Assembly: GCA_965221775.1 (NCBI GenBank) | Contig: CBDCSU010000004.1 | Location: 864,001 to 928,000, forward strand | Source: Candidatus Latescibacterota bacterium | GTDB lineage: Bacteria > Latescibacterota > UBA2968 > UBA8231 | Direction: 5' to 3' | Length of the DNA stretch: 64,000 bases | Shown here: in pieces, positions 47,319 to 58,734 of the stretch | How the letters are laid out: each line of letters begins with the position of its first letter | Numbering within the stretch: the stretch's first letter is position 1 | Translations under genes and position numbers: made by a program | Notes under the pieces: generated by a model | Told to the model about the DNA's origin: nothing | Databases searched by the model: none | Seen by the model: the letters and a program-made list of their open reading frames with translations, nothing else

Positions 47319-48088
47319 GCGGCTCCCCCGGCCTGTTCTGCCTCGAGGGGCGGACGGCCCTGGTCACCGGGGGCAGCAAGGGCCTGGGCGAGGCGATGGC
47401 CGCCGCCTTGTCCGGCGCCGGCGCCGACGTGGCCATCACCAGCCGCCACCTCGACGAGGCCCGGGCCGCCGCCGAGGCGATCGCCGCCGGCAGCGGCCGC
47501 GGGGTGGTCCCCCTCCAGGCCGATGCCGCCGACCGCGGCCAGGCCGAGGGCTCGGTGAGACAGGTCGTCGAGCGCTTCGGCCATCTCGACATCCTCGTGA
47601 ACAACGCCGGCGTCAACCTGCGGGCCCCGATCCTGGAGATGGAGGACGAGGCCTGGGAGACCGTCCTCGGCATCAACCTCACCGGGCCCTTCTACTACTG
47701 CCGCGCCGCCGGCCGGCACATGGTCGAGCGCGGCTACGGCCGGGTCATCAACATCGGCTCGACCTTGTCCTCCATCTCCATCCCCCACCGCACGCCGTAC
47801 GCCTCGAGCAAGGGCGGCATCCTGCAACTCACGCGCACCCTGGCCCTGGAGTGGGCGGGGACGGGGGTGACGGCCAACTGCATCTGTCCCGGACCCTTCG
47901 CCACGCCCATCAACAAGCCCCTTCTCGACGATCCCGAGGCGGCGCGGGCGATGCAGGACAAGGTCCCCCTGGGCCGCTGGGGCGATCCCGCCGAGCTGGC
48001 CACGGCGGTCCTCTACTTCGCCTCCCCCGCCTCCTCCTTCACCACCGGGGCGGCCCTCGTCGTCGACGGAGGCTACACCGCCCAGTGA
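47312..48088 (+). CDS. SDR oxidoreductase (gluconate 5-dehydrogenase/KduD-like)
   Basis: TGGSKGLG, LVNNAG, YASSK, ICPGPFAT and VDGGYTA. Confidence 0.92.
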   Translation: MVGGSPGLFCLEGRTALVTGGSKGLGEAMAAALSGAGADVAITSRHLDEARAAAEAIAAGSGRGVVPLQADAADRGQAEGSVRQVVERFGHLDILVNNAGVNLRAPILEMEDEAWETVLGINLTGPFYYCRAAGRHMVERGYGRVINIGSTLSSISIPHRTPYASSKGGILQLTRTLALEWAGTGVTANCICPGPFATPINKPLLDDPEAARAMQDKVPLGRWGDPAELATAVLYFASPASSFTTGAALVVDGGYTAQ

Positions 48089-48090
48089 GG

Positions 48091-48118
48091 TTGCCATGCA
48101 GGGGCCGGGCGCTATATT
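48091..48118 (+). promoter_or_regulatory. Putative sigma70 promoter
   Basis: TTGCCA-N16-TATATT upstream of the SMP-30 gene. Confidence 0.5.
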
Positions 48119-48201
48119 TCGCAGCCCACCCCTGGCATCGGCCAGCGGCCCGGACCCGGCGGCCGCCGTTTCACGACTCCTGACACCGCACCCAAGACCC
48201 C

Positions 48202-49023
48202 GTGGCCCAACCTGAGATCGTCGTCAGCGATTTGCGGTCGCCGTACGGGATCGCCTTCGACGCCGACGACGTCCTCTTCGTCTCCGAGTCCGCCGCCAAC
48301 CGCATCCTCCGCATCGAGGGCGGCCAGGCCCAGCTCTTCGCCCAGACCGGCCCGCGGCCGCTCGGCATCGCCTTCGACGACTCGGGCGATCTCTTCGTCG
48401 CCGAGAGCGGGCGCCATCACCTGATCCTCATCTCCCCGGACGAAGCGCTGGAGATCTACGCCCACAGCTGCAGGGGCCGGCGCTTCATCAGCCCCCGGCA
48501 GCTCTGCTTCGAGCCCACCGGCGACATCCTCTTCAGCGACCCGGGGCACGGCGAGGACGGCGGCGGCTCGGTGTACCGCGCCGATCTCGACGGCGAGGTG
48601 ACCGAGGTCATCAGCGGGCTGTCGTCTCCGGCGGGGATGGTGCTCTCGGAAGACGCGGCCGTCCTCTATGTCTCCGAGCGCGGCAGCCGGCGCATCCTCT
48701 CCCTGGAGATGGACGACGAGGGCCGGCCCCGGAGCCAGCAGGTGTTCTTCGAGTTCGGCGAGGACCCCGGCGCCGAGGACCTGCTCTTCGACGCCCGCGG
48801 GCAGCTCTACGCGAGCGCCCCCGGCGCCGGCATCGTGGTCATCGATCCGGAGGGCCGCCGCCAGGGCCTCATCGAGGTCCCCGGAGGCGAGGTGGCGGCC
48901 ATGACCTTCGGCGGCCTCGAGTACGACCGGCTCTTCGTCGCCGAGTCGAAGACGGGTTGCGTGTACGGCCTGGCCCTGGAAGTGGCGGGCCAGCGCCCCT
49001 TCGCCGGACCCCGTTCGATCTGA
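48202..49023 (+). CDS. SMP-30/gluconolactonase-family six-bladed beta-propeller
   Basis: Repeated P.GIAFD..G.LFV.ES blades, ILFSDP, PAGMVLS and MTFGG...LFV. Confidence 0.85.
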   Translation: MAQPEIVVSDLRSPYGIAFDADDVLFVSESAANRILRIEGGQAQLFAQTGPRPLGIAFDDSGDLFVAESGRHHLILISPDEALEIYAHSCRGRRFISPRQLCFEPTGDILFSDPGHGEDGGGSVYRADLDGEVTEVISGLSSPAGMVLSEDAAVLYVSERGSRRILSLEMDDEGRPRSQQVFFEFGEDPGAEDLLFDARGQLYASAPGAGIVVIDPEGRRQGLIEVPGGEVAAMTFGGLEYDRLFVAESKTGCVYGLALEVAGQRPFAGPRSI

Positions 49024-49033
49024 GCCCCCGGCG

Positions 49034-49860
49034 CTACCGCCGCCGCATCCGCCCCCAGACCACCCCGAAGACCGACCGAAGCTCCCCGGCGCGAGCCTGC
49101 GCATCCGGATGGCCAGGCCGACCCAGCGGTCGGCCACGTGCAGCCGGCGCTGCCGCTCCATGGCGCGCAGGACCTCGGCCGCCGCCTCTTCGGAGCTCTT
49201 CGACGGCACCTGTCCGAAGCGCTTCATGGGGGTCCGGGAGACCTCGTGGAACCCCGAGTGCACGAGGCCGGGCTCGACGACGGTGACCGAGACCCCCGTG
49301 CCGTGCAGCTCGTGGGCCAGGCTCTCGCCGAGACCGGTGACGGCGAACTTCGTCGCCCCGTACACGGCGTGGTCCGGCGACGGCAGCTCGCCGAGGACGC
49401 TGGAGACGAAGACCAACTGACCCCGCCTTCGGCGCAGCATCGACGGCAGCACCCGGTGGGTCGTGTGGATCACCCCCATCAGGTTGGTCTCGACCACGGC
49501 CCGGTGGTCGGCGAGGGGGACCTCCTCGAAGGGGCCGTACGCCCCCCGGCCGGCGTTGTTCACCAGCACCTCGATCTCCCCCAGCCCGGCCTCGACGCGC
49601 TCGCAGAGGCCGGCCACCGCCTCGGCGTCGGATACGTCGCAGGGCAGGACCAGCGGCCGCGCGCCGGTCAGGGCCGCCGTCTCCTCCAGGGGGCCGGGGC
49701 GGCGCCCCACCAGCGCCAGACGGGCCCCTCTCGAGGCCAGGGCCACGGCCAGGGCGCGGCCGATGCCGCCGCCGGCCCCGGTGACCACCACCACGGCGTC
49801 GCGGTAGTCGCGGCCCACGGGGTCAGCTCCGGGCGGACGCCGGGAAGGAGCCGTGCCCAC
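49034..49860 (-). CDS. SDR oxidoreductase with an apparent 1-nt frameshift near the 3' end
   Basis: TGAGGGIG, LVNNAG, YGATK and VEPG. Adding one C near 49078 gives ...SFRSVFGVVWGRMRRR* ending at 49034 (about 275 aa) instead of reading through the convergent gene. Confidence 0.82.
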
Positions 49861-49872
49861 TTTCCCGGGGGT

Positions 49873-49918
49873 GGTTTATTCCCGATATGGGAATAGACCG
49901 CGAGAGGCTCGTTGTCAA
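49873..49918 (-). promoter_or_regulatory. Putative promoter overlapped by an 11-bp inverted repeat
   Basis: TTGACA (49918-49913)-N17-TATTCC. Inverted repeat GGTTTATTCCC-GATAT-GGGAATAGACC at 49873-49899. Confidence 0.55.
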
Positions 49919-50096
49919 ACAGGGAATATGCATTATCTTGTTTTCTGAATTGAATTTAGGACAATTCTCCAGGAATGACGCGACGCTCATTTTCTCGAAA
50001 AGGCAATTCGCATGGATTTACCTGGATGGTAAGAGTCGGATACATAACTCGTTGTTCTGCAACGAATTGACAGTGGATATCGGATGGCCGCCCTTC

Positions 50097-50113
50097 CTGG
50101 CACGGCCCTTGCA
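50097..50113 (+). promoter_or_regulatory. Sigma-54 (-24/-12) promoter of groESL
   Basis: CTGGCACGGCCCTTGCA matches YTGGCACGRNNNTTGCW with exact GG-N10-GC spacing. It lies about 70 nt upstream of groES, after an AT-rich block. Confidence 0.82.
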
Positions 50114-50185
50114 CATTGAACCGGCGCCGATGTCCCATTCCCCGGAGGTCGATTGCGGCCTCCCCTTCCCGAAAAGGAGCGCATC

Positions 50186-52125
<1,940 letters not shown>

Positions 52126-52177
52126 ACGCATCCGGGGCGGCCCCGGGCCGCCGCCGGTCTACAAGCGGACGAAGGCA

Positions 52178-52218
52178 GAGAGGGCGGGCGCCGAGAGGCT
52201 CCCGCCCTCTCCTCTTTT
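52178..52218 (+). terminator. Probable intrinsic terminator after groEL
   Basis: Hairpin GAGAGGGCGGG-cGCC-GAGA-GGCt-CCCGCCCTCTC followed by CTCTTTT. Confidence 0.7.
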
Positions 52219-52305
52219 CGCCCCCGCCCTTGAGCGCGGCCCCTGCCTGCATACCGTTCTGCCGCGGCACGAATCCCACCCACCCGCGACAGGACACGAA
52301 TCCCC

Positions 52306-53433
52306 ATGACCAGCGCCACCTCCGCCTCCATCTACGAGCGCCTGGGCCTGCGCACCTTCATCAACGCCCGGGGCACGATCACCACCCTCGGCGGATCGAT
52401 CATGCCGCCCGAGGTCGTGGCCGCCATGGCCGAGGCCTCCCTGAGCTTCGTCCGCCTGGAGGAACTGCACGACCGGGTGGGCGAGCGCATCGCCGGCCTC
52501 ACCGGGGCCGAGGCCGCCTTCGTCTGCGCCGGCGCCGCCAGCGGCATGCTGCTGGCCGGCGCCGCCTGCCTCACCGGCACCGACCCCGAGGCGATCGCCT
52601 CCCTGCCCGACACCGGCGGCCGCCCCAACCGCTTCGTCATCAGCCTCGTGGACAGCCACTTCTACGTGCACCAGGGGTTCCGGGTCTGCGGCGGCGAGCT
52701 GGTCCGGGTCGGGTCCCGGGAGTCGGTCTCGGCGGCCGACTACGAGGCCGCCCTCGACGAGCCCACCGCCGCCGTCGTGTTCTTCCTCGGAAGCCAGCCC
52801 CTGGAGCAGCTGCACGAGATCGTCCCCATCGCCCGCCGGCGCGGCGTTCCGGTCATCGTCGACGCCGCGGCGCAGCTGCCGCCGCGCTCGAACCTGACCG
52901 ATCTGACCACCGGGATCGGCGCCGACCTGGCCGTCTACAGCGGCGGCAAGGGCCTCTTCGGGCCGCAGTCGAGCGGGCTGATCCTCGGCCGCGCCGACCT
53001 CGTGAAGGCGGCCTCCATGAACAGCAATCCGCACTCGGGGGTGGGACGGGGGATGAAGGTCGGCAAGGAGGAGGTGGTGGGCCTGCTGCGGGCGGTGGAG
53101 CTCTTCCTGGAGGCCGACGAGGAGGGCGTGATTGCCGAGTGGGAGCGGCGCTGCCGGGTGGTGGCGGCGGCGGCCGAGGGGATCGACGGGGTCGAGGCGG
53201 AGTACGACCCGCCCTTCAGGAACCGCTTTCCGCCCGCCAGCCCCATCGTGCGCCTGCGCTTCGCCGATCGCGCCCCGGTTCGCGGCCAGGCGGTGATCGC
53301 CGCCCTCGAGCAGGGCGAGCCGTCGATCCTCGTGGGCGGCTCGGAGGACTCGATCTCCGTGGCGCCGCAGACGCTCCAGGAAGGCGAGGCCGAGATCATC
53401 GCCGGGCGCCTGCGCGCCCTCCTGTCGGCCTGA
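52306..53433 (+). CDS. SelA-like PLP-dependent enzyme (DgaE-like)
   Basis: LGLRTFINARGT.T.LGGS, IVDAAAQLPP, YSGGKGLFGPQSSG and GRGMKVGKEE. At 375 aa it lacks the SelA N-terminal tRNA-binding extension. Confidence 0.85.
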   Translation: MTSATSASIYERLGLRTFINARGTITTLGGSIMPPEVVAAMAEASLSFVRLEELHDRVGERIAGLTGAEAAFVCAGAASGMLLAGAACLTGTDPEAIASLPDTGGRPNRFVISLVDSHFYVHQGFRVCGGELVRVGSRESVSAADYEAALDEPTAAVVFFLGSQPLEQLHEIVPIARRRGVPVIVDAAAQLPPRSNLTDLTTGIGADLAVYSGGKGLFGPQSSGLILGRADLVKAASMNSNPHSGVGRGMKVGKEEVVGLLRAVELFLEADEEGVIAEWERRCRVVAAAAEGIDGVEAEYDPPFRNRFPPASPIVRLRFADRAPVRGQAVIAALEQGEPSILVGGSEDSISVAPQTLQEGEAEIIAGRLRALLSA

Positions 53434-53469
53434 GAGCGAGCCCCGGGCGGCCCCGCCGGGAGGCAGGGC

Positions 53470-54480
53470 TTACACGCGCACGCGGCGCCCGCGCTTGACC
53501 GACTCGATCTCGCGCAGGCACAGGCGCAGGCTGTCGCGGGCGCTCACCCCCGACAGCTCCCCGGAGTCCTCGCCGGCGGCGACGGCCCGCACCGCCTCCT
53601 GCAGCTCGCCGACGAAGCCGTCCTTGCGCGCCAGCCGCGGCCGGCGGCTCCTGCCGTCGGCGGTGAGCAGCACCGGGGGCTGTCCCCAGGAGCTGTTGTA
53701 CTTGAGGGCGGCCCTCTCGAAGAACACGTCGTAGCCATGCTCGAAGGGGCAGCCCTGCTGGGACAGCCAGCCGCCGCTGGCGGTCACCTGGGGCCCGCCC
53801 TCGAAGTGGTAGTGGGTGTCGATGTGCTCGACCACGCCGCCCTTGCGGATCACCCCCGCCGAGGTCACCGCCTCGGGCATGCCGAAGAGGAACTGCACGA
53901 AGTCGGCGTCGTGGATGTGCAGGTCGATCGCCGGTCCGCCGGTGCGGTCCAGGTCCTTCGGGTCCCACCAGTCGGGCATGGAGATGACGCGCTTGAAGTC
54001 CGCCGCCAGCACGCGGCCGTGCTCGCCGCCCTCCATCAGCGTCCTGATCAGCCGGAACTCCGGGAAGTACCGCAGGACGTGGGCCACCATCAGCCGCAGG
54101 CCGCGCTTCCGGGCCGCGGCCACCATGCGGTCCGCCTGGCGCAGGTCCAGGGCGATCGGCTTCTCCAGGAAGACGTGCTTGCCCGCCGCCAGGGCGGCCA
54201 GGGTCCACTCGTAGTGCATCGTCGTGGGCAGGCAGATGTCGACCAGATCGACGCTCTCGTCGTCCAGCAGGTCCTCGATGCGGTCGTACGCGGCCACCCG
54301 CCCCAGGTCGTGCACGCCGCCGCCGTCGCCGAAGTTCCCCTGCACGCCGCGCCAGTCGCCCTTCCGCTTCTTCGGGTCCCGGGTGCAGATGGCGGTCACC
54401 TTCGCCCCTTTGACCCGGGCGATCGCCTTGTAGTGGGTGGTGCCCATGAAACCGATGCCGACGATACCGATGCGTACCAT
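53470..54480 (-). CDS. Gfo/Idh/MocA oxidoreductase
   Basis: IGIVGIGFMG, DICLPT..H, GKHVFLEKP, AHVLRY and GG..IDLHIHD.D. Confidence 0.93.
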   Translation of the reverse strand: MVRIGIVGIGFMGTTHYKAIARVKGAKVTAICTRDPKKRKGDWRGVQGNFGDGGGVHDLGRVAAYDRIEDLLDDESVDLVDICLPTTMHYEWTLAALAAGKHVFLEKPIALDLRQADRMVAAARKRGLRLMVAHVLRYFPEFRLIRTLMEGGEHGRVLAADFKRVISMPDWWDPKDLDRTGGPAIDLHIHDADFVQFLFGMPEAVTSAGVIRKGGVVEHIDTHYHFEGGPQVTASGGWLSQQGCPFEHGYDVFFERAALKYNSSWGQPPVLLTADGRSRRPRLARKDGFVGELQEAVRAVAAGEDSGELSGVSARDSLRLCLREIESVKRGRRVRV

Positions 54481-54504
54481 GGAGTCTCTCCCGTTGGGGC
54501 GGCT

Positions 54505-54534
54505 ACGATAGCCGGGCCCCGGAAAATGTGTCAA
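54505..54534 (-). promoter_or_regulatory. Sigma70 promoter of the Gfo/Idh/MocA gene
   Basis: TTGACA-N18-TATCGT. Confidence 0.62.
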
Positions 54535-54544
54535 GGCACCCGCC

Positions 54545-57500
54545 TCAGCGGGGCACGACGGCGATCTTCAGGCGCCGCACGCGGTCCTCGTGCTCCACGT
54601 GCACGAGGTAGATGCCGGCGGCGACCCTGGCTCCGGAAGGGTTGAGGCCGGTCCAGTTGAGCCCCCCGTCGCCGTCCTCCTCGCGGCCCTTCCAGACAAG
54701 CTCCCCCGCGAAGGTGAAGACCCGCACCTCCGACTCCCGGGGCAGGCCCGCGAGGGTCAGCTCGCCGGCGGCGGGATCGAAGGGGTTGGGATAGGCTTGG
54801 ACCTCCTCGAGGCGGTCGACGGCGACGCGCACCAGGGTCCGCACCCGCAGCGGCCGCCCGAGGCCGTCCCGCAGCCCCCACACCTCGACCTCCCAGGCAC
54901 GGCCCCGGGCCAGGAGACGGGTCCCCCGGGGCAGGACCAGCCGCACCGTGCGGTCGTCCTCCCCCGCCTCGATCCTGTCGATCACGAGGCGGCCGTCGAC
55001 CACGGCCCGGGCCTCCCCCGGCGGCGAGAGGGGCCCGTCGAAGCGCAGCCGGATCGTCGCGGGATCCGCCAGGACCGCCTCCACCAGCCGCGCCGCGGGG
55101 TCCACCGGAGCCAGGCGCAGGGAGGCCGTCCGCGGCCCCCGGAGGCCCACGAGCCCACCCCGCGCCGAACGCACCCCCGCGGCTTCGAGCTGCACCGTGC
55201 CGCTGTCGGGCAGGGCCCGGTCGAGGAAGAGGATCAGCCGCCTGGCGCCCTGGTCGAGCACCCCCTGCCGCGGCCGGGCGGCCTCGGGGATCAGCCGCCA
55301 GCGGTGGACCTGGGCCGCCTCCGGGGCCATGGGCTGGTCGAACCGGACCTCCAGCTGGCGGGGGGCGGCGTGCAGGACGCCGACGATGACCGGACCCTCC
55401 CGGGGTTCGGCGGCCAGCACCCGGGAGCTCTCGCCGCGGCGGCCCTCCGAGTCGATGGCCGCCACCTGGTACGCATAGGACCGGCCGGGAGCGAGTCCGG
55501 AATCGACGTGGGCGAAGCGGCGCGGCCCGGCTGCGACCCTGGCGACGACGGAATCGTCCCGGGTCGCCTCGTAGCCGGAGGCTCCGGGCACCTCCTCCCA
55601 CCTCAGCTCCACGCGGTCTCGCGCCAGGGACAGGGCCTGCCACCCGGGAGGCGCCCCGAGCCGGCCGGGAGCCGCCGTCCACGAGAGGCCGCGGATGGCC
55701 CCGTCGAGAGCGTTGAAGTACAGCTCGCTGCCGCCGTCGCCGTCGGCGTCTCCCGCCGCCGGCCGCCAGGTCGCCCCCGCCTCGGCGTGCCACACCACCT
55801 CGAAGCCGCCGGCGCCGTCGGCGCGGAACACGTACAGGTGGGGCACCAGGGAGGCGATCCACTCCACCTGCCCGTCGCCGTCGAGGTCGGCCACGGCGAT
55901 CCCCGCCCCCTGGGAGGAAGCGGCCAGCACCTCCCCTTCCCACTCCTTGCGGTAGTCGTCGTCGCCGGCGGCCCCGTACACCGACAGCCGCCAGCGGCGG
56001 CCCTCCACGTCGAAGGGATCGCGGCGCAGCCGGCCGACGACGAACTCGGCCTCCCCGTCCCCGTCGAGGTCGGCGCCGCCGCCCACCAGCCGGCCGTCGA
56101 CGAACTCCTCCTCCTCCAGCGACCGCCAGGTCCGGCGGTAGGCGTCGTCGGCCCCGGCCTCGAAGACCAGCAAGTCGCCGTCGCTGTCCCCGGCCAGCAG
56201 CTCCCCGCGCCCGTCGCCGTCGAGGTCCGCCGCCACCTGTCGCGGGCCGAACTCGTTGCCCCCCGGGGTGTCGTTCACCAGCGCCGCGGTCTCGGCGTAG
56301 TCGTCGTCGCCGCGGCCCTCGAAGACCCGGAACAGCTCGGCCGTGGCCGAGCGCAGGAACATCTCCGGGCGGCCGTCGGCGTCGGCGTCGAGGACCTCCC
56401 CGCCCCAGACGTCGCGGACGGCCCAGGCCCTGCGGGCCGGGTACTGGCCGGGCGCCCGCTGCTCGAAGAGACGGACCCTGCGGGCGTCGACGGCCATGAG
56501 CTCCGAAAGGCCGTCGCCGTCGAGGTCGTGACGGCCCCAGGGGATGAACCGGCTCGCCGTCGAGTGCGCGGGCGCCGACTCGCCCCACTCGAAGAAGGAG
56601 GTGGGGGCATAGGTCCCGTCCCCGGCGTGGACCATGGCCACCACCTCGCGGCGGCCGTCGTCGTCGAAGTCGGTGAGCCCGGGCATCAGGTAGCCCCCGG
56701 GCAGGCCGGGGCCGGAGCGGGGATTGGAGCGGTCCACCGCCCCGGGCCGCACGATCAGGCTGTCGCGGACCTGTACGCCCTGCCCGTCGGTGGAGAGGCG
56801 CACCTCGTAGGCGCCGGGGGGCACGTCGGAGGGCAGGGTGAGGGTCTGATCGAGGCGGCCGGGCGGCGCCGGGAGCCGCAGGACCCGTTCCCCGGCGGAA
56901 CGCAGCTCGAGAGCACCCGCCGACGGACGATCGGTGCTCCAGGAGACCAGGTCGCGCCACCGGGGCCCCTGGAGGGCTCGCACCAGGGACCAGCGCAGGA
57001 CCTGCGCCCCCGCCGCCGCCAGGCGCACCGCCACCCGCCGGGAGTGCTCCCGCGGCCCCTCCCGCACCGTGGCCCGAAGGGTATAGGTCCCCGGGGCCAG
57101 GTCGGCCGTCGACCAGCGCACGGCCGAGTCGCGGGGGCCCTCCCAGATGCGGGCGTCCACGGGGTGCCACCGGTCGGGGCTCTCGCCGGACCCCCATTCC
57201 AGGCGCAGCTCCAGGCCCGGGGCGCCGGCCACCTCCAGCTCCACCGCGGCGGCGGGATGGCCGACCGGCCGCGGCGGCGACGGGGCCCGGAATCCGACGG
57301 CCAGGGGCGGCTCGGTGCCGGCCGGGGGGATCTGCAGCAGGCCGTGGCCGGTGGCCGCGTCCCACCCGGGCTCCGAGCCCGCGTCGCGGGCGGCCCCGGC
57401 GAGGACGCCGAGGACCTGCAGCGGCGTGTACCCGGGGTGGCGGGCCAGGACCAGGGCGGCGGCCCCCGCCACGTGGGGAGCGGCCATGGAGGTGCCCGAC

Positions 57501-58729
57501 AGGGCGCTGTACCCGCCCCCCGGACCGGTGCTGTGAATCGCCACCCCGGGGGCGGCCAGGTCGATGCTCGCGCCGAAGTTGGAGAACGCCGCGGCGGCGC
57601 CGTCGCGGCCGGCGGCGGCGACGGCGATCGTGCCCGGCAGCCGCGCCGGGTAGAACACCTCGGAGGAGGCCTCGTTGCCGGCGGCGGCCACCACCACCAC
57701 CCCCCGCCCGAGGGCGAAGCGGACGGCGTCGTCGATCAGCGGCGAGTAGGCCGGATCTCCGAAGCTCAGGTTGAGCACGTCGGCCCCGCTGCGCACCGCG
57801 TAGACGATGGCCGCGGCGATGTCGTCGTCCTGCAGGTACCCGGCCTCGCCGATGACCAGGCCCGCCCTCAGAGGCATCACCCGGGCACCGGGGGCCACGC
57901 CGGCGATGCCCTCGCCGTTGCCGGCGGCGGCGGCGGCGACCCCGGCCACGTGGGTCCCGTGCCCGGAGTCGTCGGCCGGGTCGGGGTCGCGCTCGAGGTA
58001 GTCGCCGGTGCCCGGCAGCCCCGGGGCGTCGGTGAAGTCCCAGCCGGCCACGTCGTCGACATAGCCGTTGCCGTCGTCGTCGAGGCCCGGCTCCCCCAGG
58101 GCCTCGGCGGGGTTGCGCCAGATCCGGTCCCGCAGGTCCGGGTGGCCGGCGTCGATCCCCGAGTCGACGACGGCGATCAGCACCCCCTCGGCCGAGCCCG
58201 GATCGCCGGCGCGCCAGCCGATCGCCTCGAGCCCCCACTGCTCGTCGAGGAGGGGGTCGTCGGTGCCGAAGTCGGCGGTCCTGCGCAGGTAGTTGGGCTG
58301 CGCCGCGTCGACGGCGGAGACCCGGCCGTAACGCTCGGCGAGGTCGGAGGCGGGAAGGCTGCTGTCGAAGCGCAGTACCGACCATCGGGTGAGGGCGGCC
58401 TCCTCCGGCGCCGGGGCGGCCCTGCGGGCCGCGGCGGGAGGCAGGGGCAGCAGCGGCGTCCGCGAACGCAGGCCGAGGGCCTCGTTCAGGGAGTCGAGCT
58501 GCGCCGCCGGCCCGGGCCCGAGAGGCCGCGCCGCGGCGGCGCGCCAGCGGACCAGCACCTCGCCGGGGGTGAGCGCCGGCGCCGGCGACGCGGAGGCGGA
58601 GAGCGGCAGGGACGTGAGAGCGAGGACCGCCAGGGCGGCGCGGCGGGCGGCGGCGCCCGCCGGGGCGGCGGGTCTGCAGGGGGGGCCGCCGGCGGCGCGA
58701 GGCCGGCGGAGGCCGCGCGGCACCTCCAC
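54545..58729 (-). CDS. Large secreted S8 subtilase with FG-GAP propeller, FN3/Ig domains and T9SS/FlgD-like tail
   Basis: Triad AVVDSGID / HGTHVAG / GTSMAAPHVAG and oxyanion AAGNE. Seven D-x-D-x-D-G-x-x-E repeats, an FN3 region (VELRW...YAYQVAA) and terminal AYPNPFD...AAGIY. Start is approximate. Confidence 0.9.
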   Translation of the reverse strand: MEVPRGLRRPRAAGGPPCRPAAPAGAAARRAALAVLALTSLPLSASASPAPALTPGEVLVRWRAAAARPLGPGPAAQLDSLNEALGLRSRTPLLPLPPAAARRAAPAPEEAALTRWSVLRFDSSLPASDLAERYGRVSAVDAAQPNYLRRTADFGTDDPLLDEQWGLEAIGWRAGDPGSAEGVLIAVVDSGIDAGHPDLRDRIWRNPAEALGEPGLDDDGNGYVDDVAGWDFTDAPGLPGTGDYLERDPDPADDSGHGTHVAGVAAAAAGNGEGIAGVAPGARVMPLRAGLVIGEAGYLQDDDIAAAIVYAVRSGADVLNLSFGDPAYSPLIDDAVRFALGRGVVVVAAAGNEASSEVFYPARLPGTIAVAAAGRDGAAAAFSNFGASIDLAAPGVAIHSTGPGGGYSALSGTSMAAPHVAGAAALVLARHPGYTPLQVLGVLAGAARDAGSEPGWDAATGHGLLQIPPAGTEPPLAVGFRAPSPPRPVGHPAAAVELEVAGAPGLELRLEWGSGESPDRWHPVDARIWEGPRDSAVRWSTADLAPGTYTLRATVREGPREHSRRVAVRLAAAGAQVLRWSLVRALQGPRWRDLVSWSTDRPSAGALELRSAGERVLRLPAPPGRLDQTLTLPSDVPPGAYEVRLSTDGQGVQVRDSLIVRPGAVDRSNPRSGPGLPGGYLMPGLTDFDDDGRREVVAMVHAGDGTYAPTSFFEWGESAPAHSTASRFIPWGRHDLDGDGLSELMAVDARRVRLFEQRAPGQYPARRAWAVRDVWGGEVLDADADGRPEMFLRSATAELFRVFEGRGDDDYAETAALVNDTPGGNEFGPRQVAADLDGDGRGELLAGDSDGDLLVFEAGADDAYRRTWRSLEEEEFVDGRLVGGGADLDGDGEAEFVVGRLRRDPFDVEGRRWRLSVYGAAGDDDYRKEWEGEVLAASSQGAGIAVADLDGDGQVEWIASLVPHLYVFRADGAGGFEVVWHAEAGATWRPAAGDADGDGGSELYFNALDGAIRGLSWTAAPGRLGAPPGWQALSLARDRVELRWEEVPGASGYEATRDDSVVARVAAGPRRFAHVDSGLAPGRSYAYQVAAIDSEGRRGESSRVLAAEPREGPVIVGVLHAAPRQLEVRFDQPMAPEAAQVHRWRLIPEAARPRQGVLDQGARRLILFLDRALPDSGTVQLEAAGVRSARGGLVGLRGPRTASLRLAPVDPAARLVEAVLADPATIRLRFDGPLSPPGEARAVVDGRLVIDRIEAGEDDRTVRLVLPRGTRLLARGRAWEVEVWGLRDGLGRPLRVRTLVRVAVDRLEEVQAYPNPFDPAAGELTLAGLPRESEVRVFTFAGELVWKGREEDGDGGLNWTGLNPSGARVAAGIYLVHVEHEDRVRRLKIAVVPR

Positions 58730-58734
58730 GGCCC

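Noticed and set aside
48112-49860. 582-aa SDR fusion protein
   Set aside because: The extension is antisense to the SMP-30 gene and is explained by a 1-nt frameshift.
49920-50185. CIRCE element or sigma70 promoter for groESL
   Set aside because: No CIRCE repeat is present. TTGACA at 50067 has no -10 at a suitable spacing.
52306-53433. True selenocysteine synthase selA
   Set aside because: It is short and lacks the N-terminal tRNA-binding region, there is no selB/selC/selD nearby, and the motifs fit the SelA-like/DgaE group.
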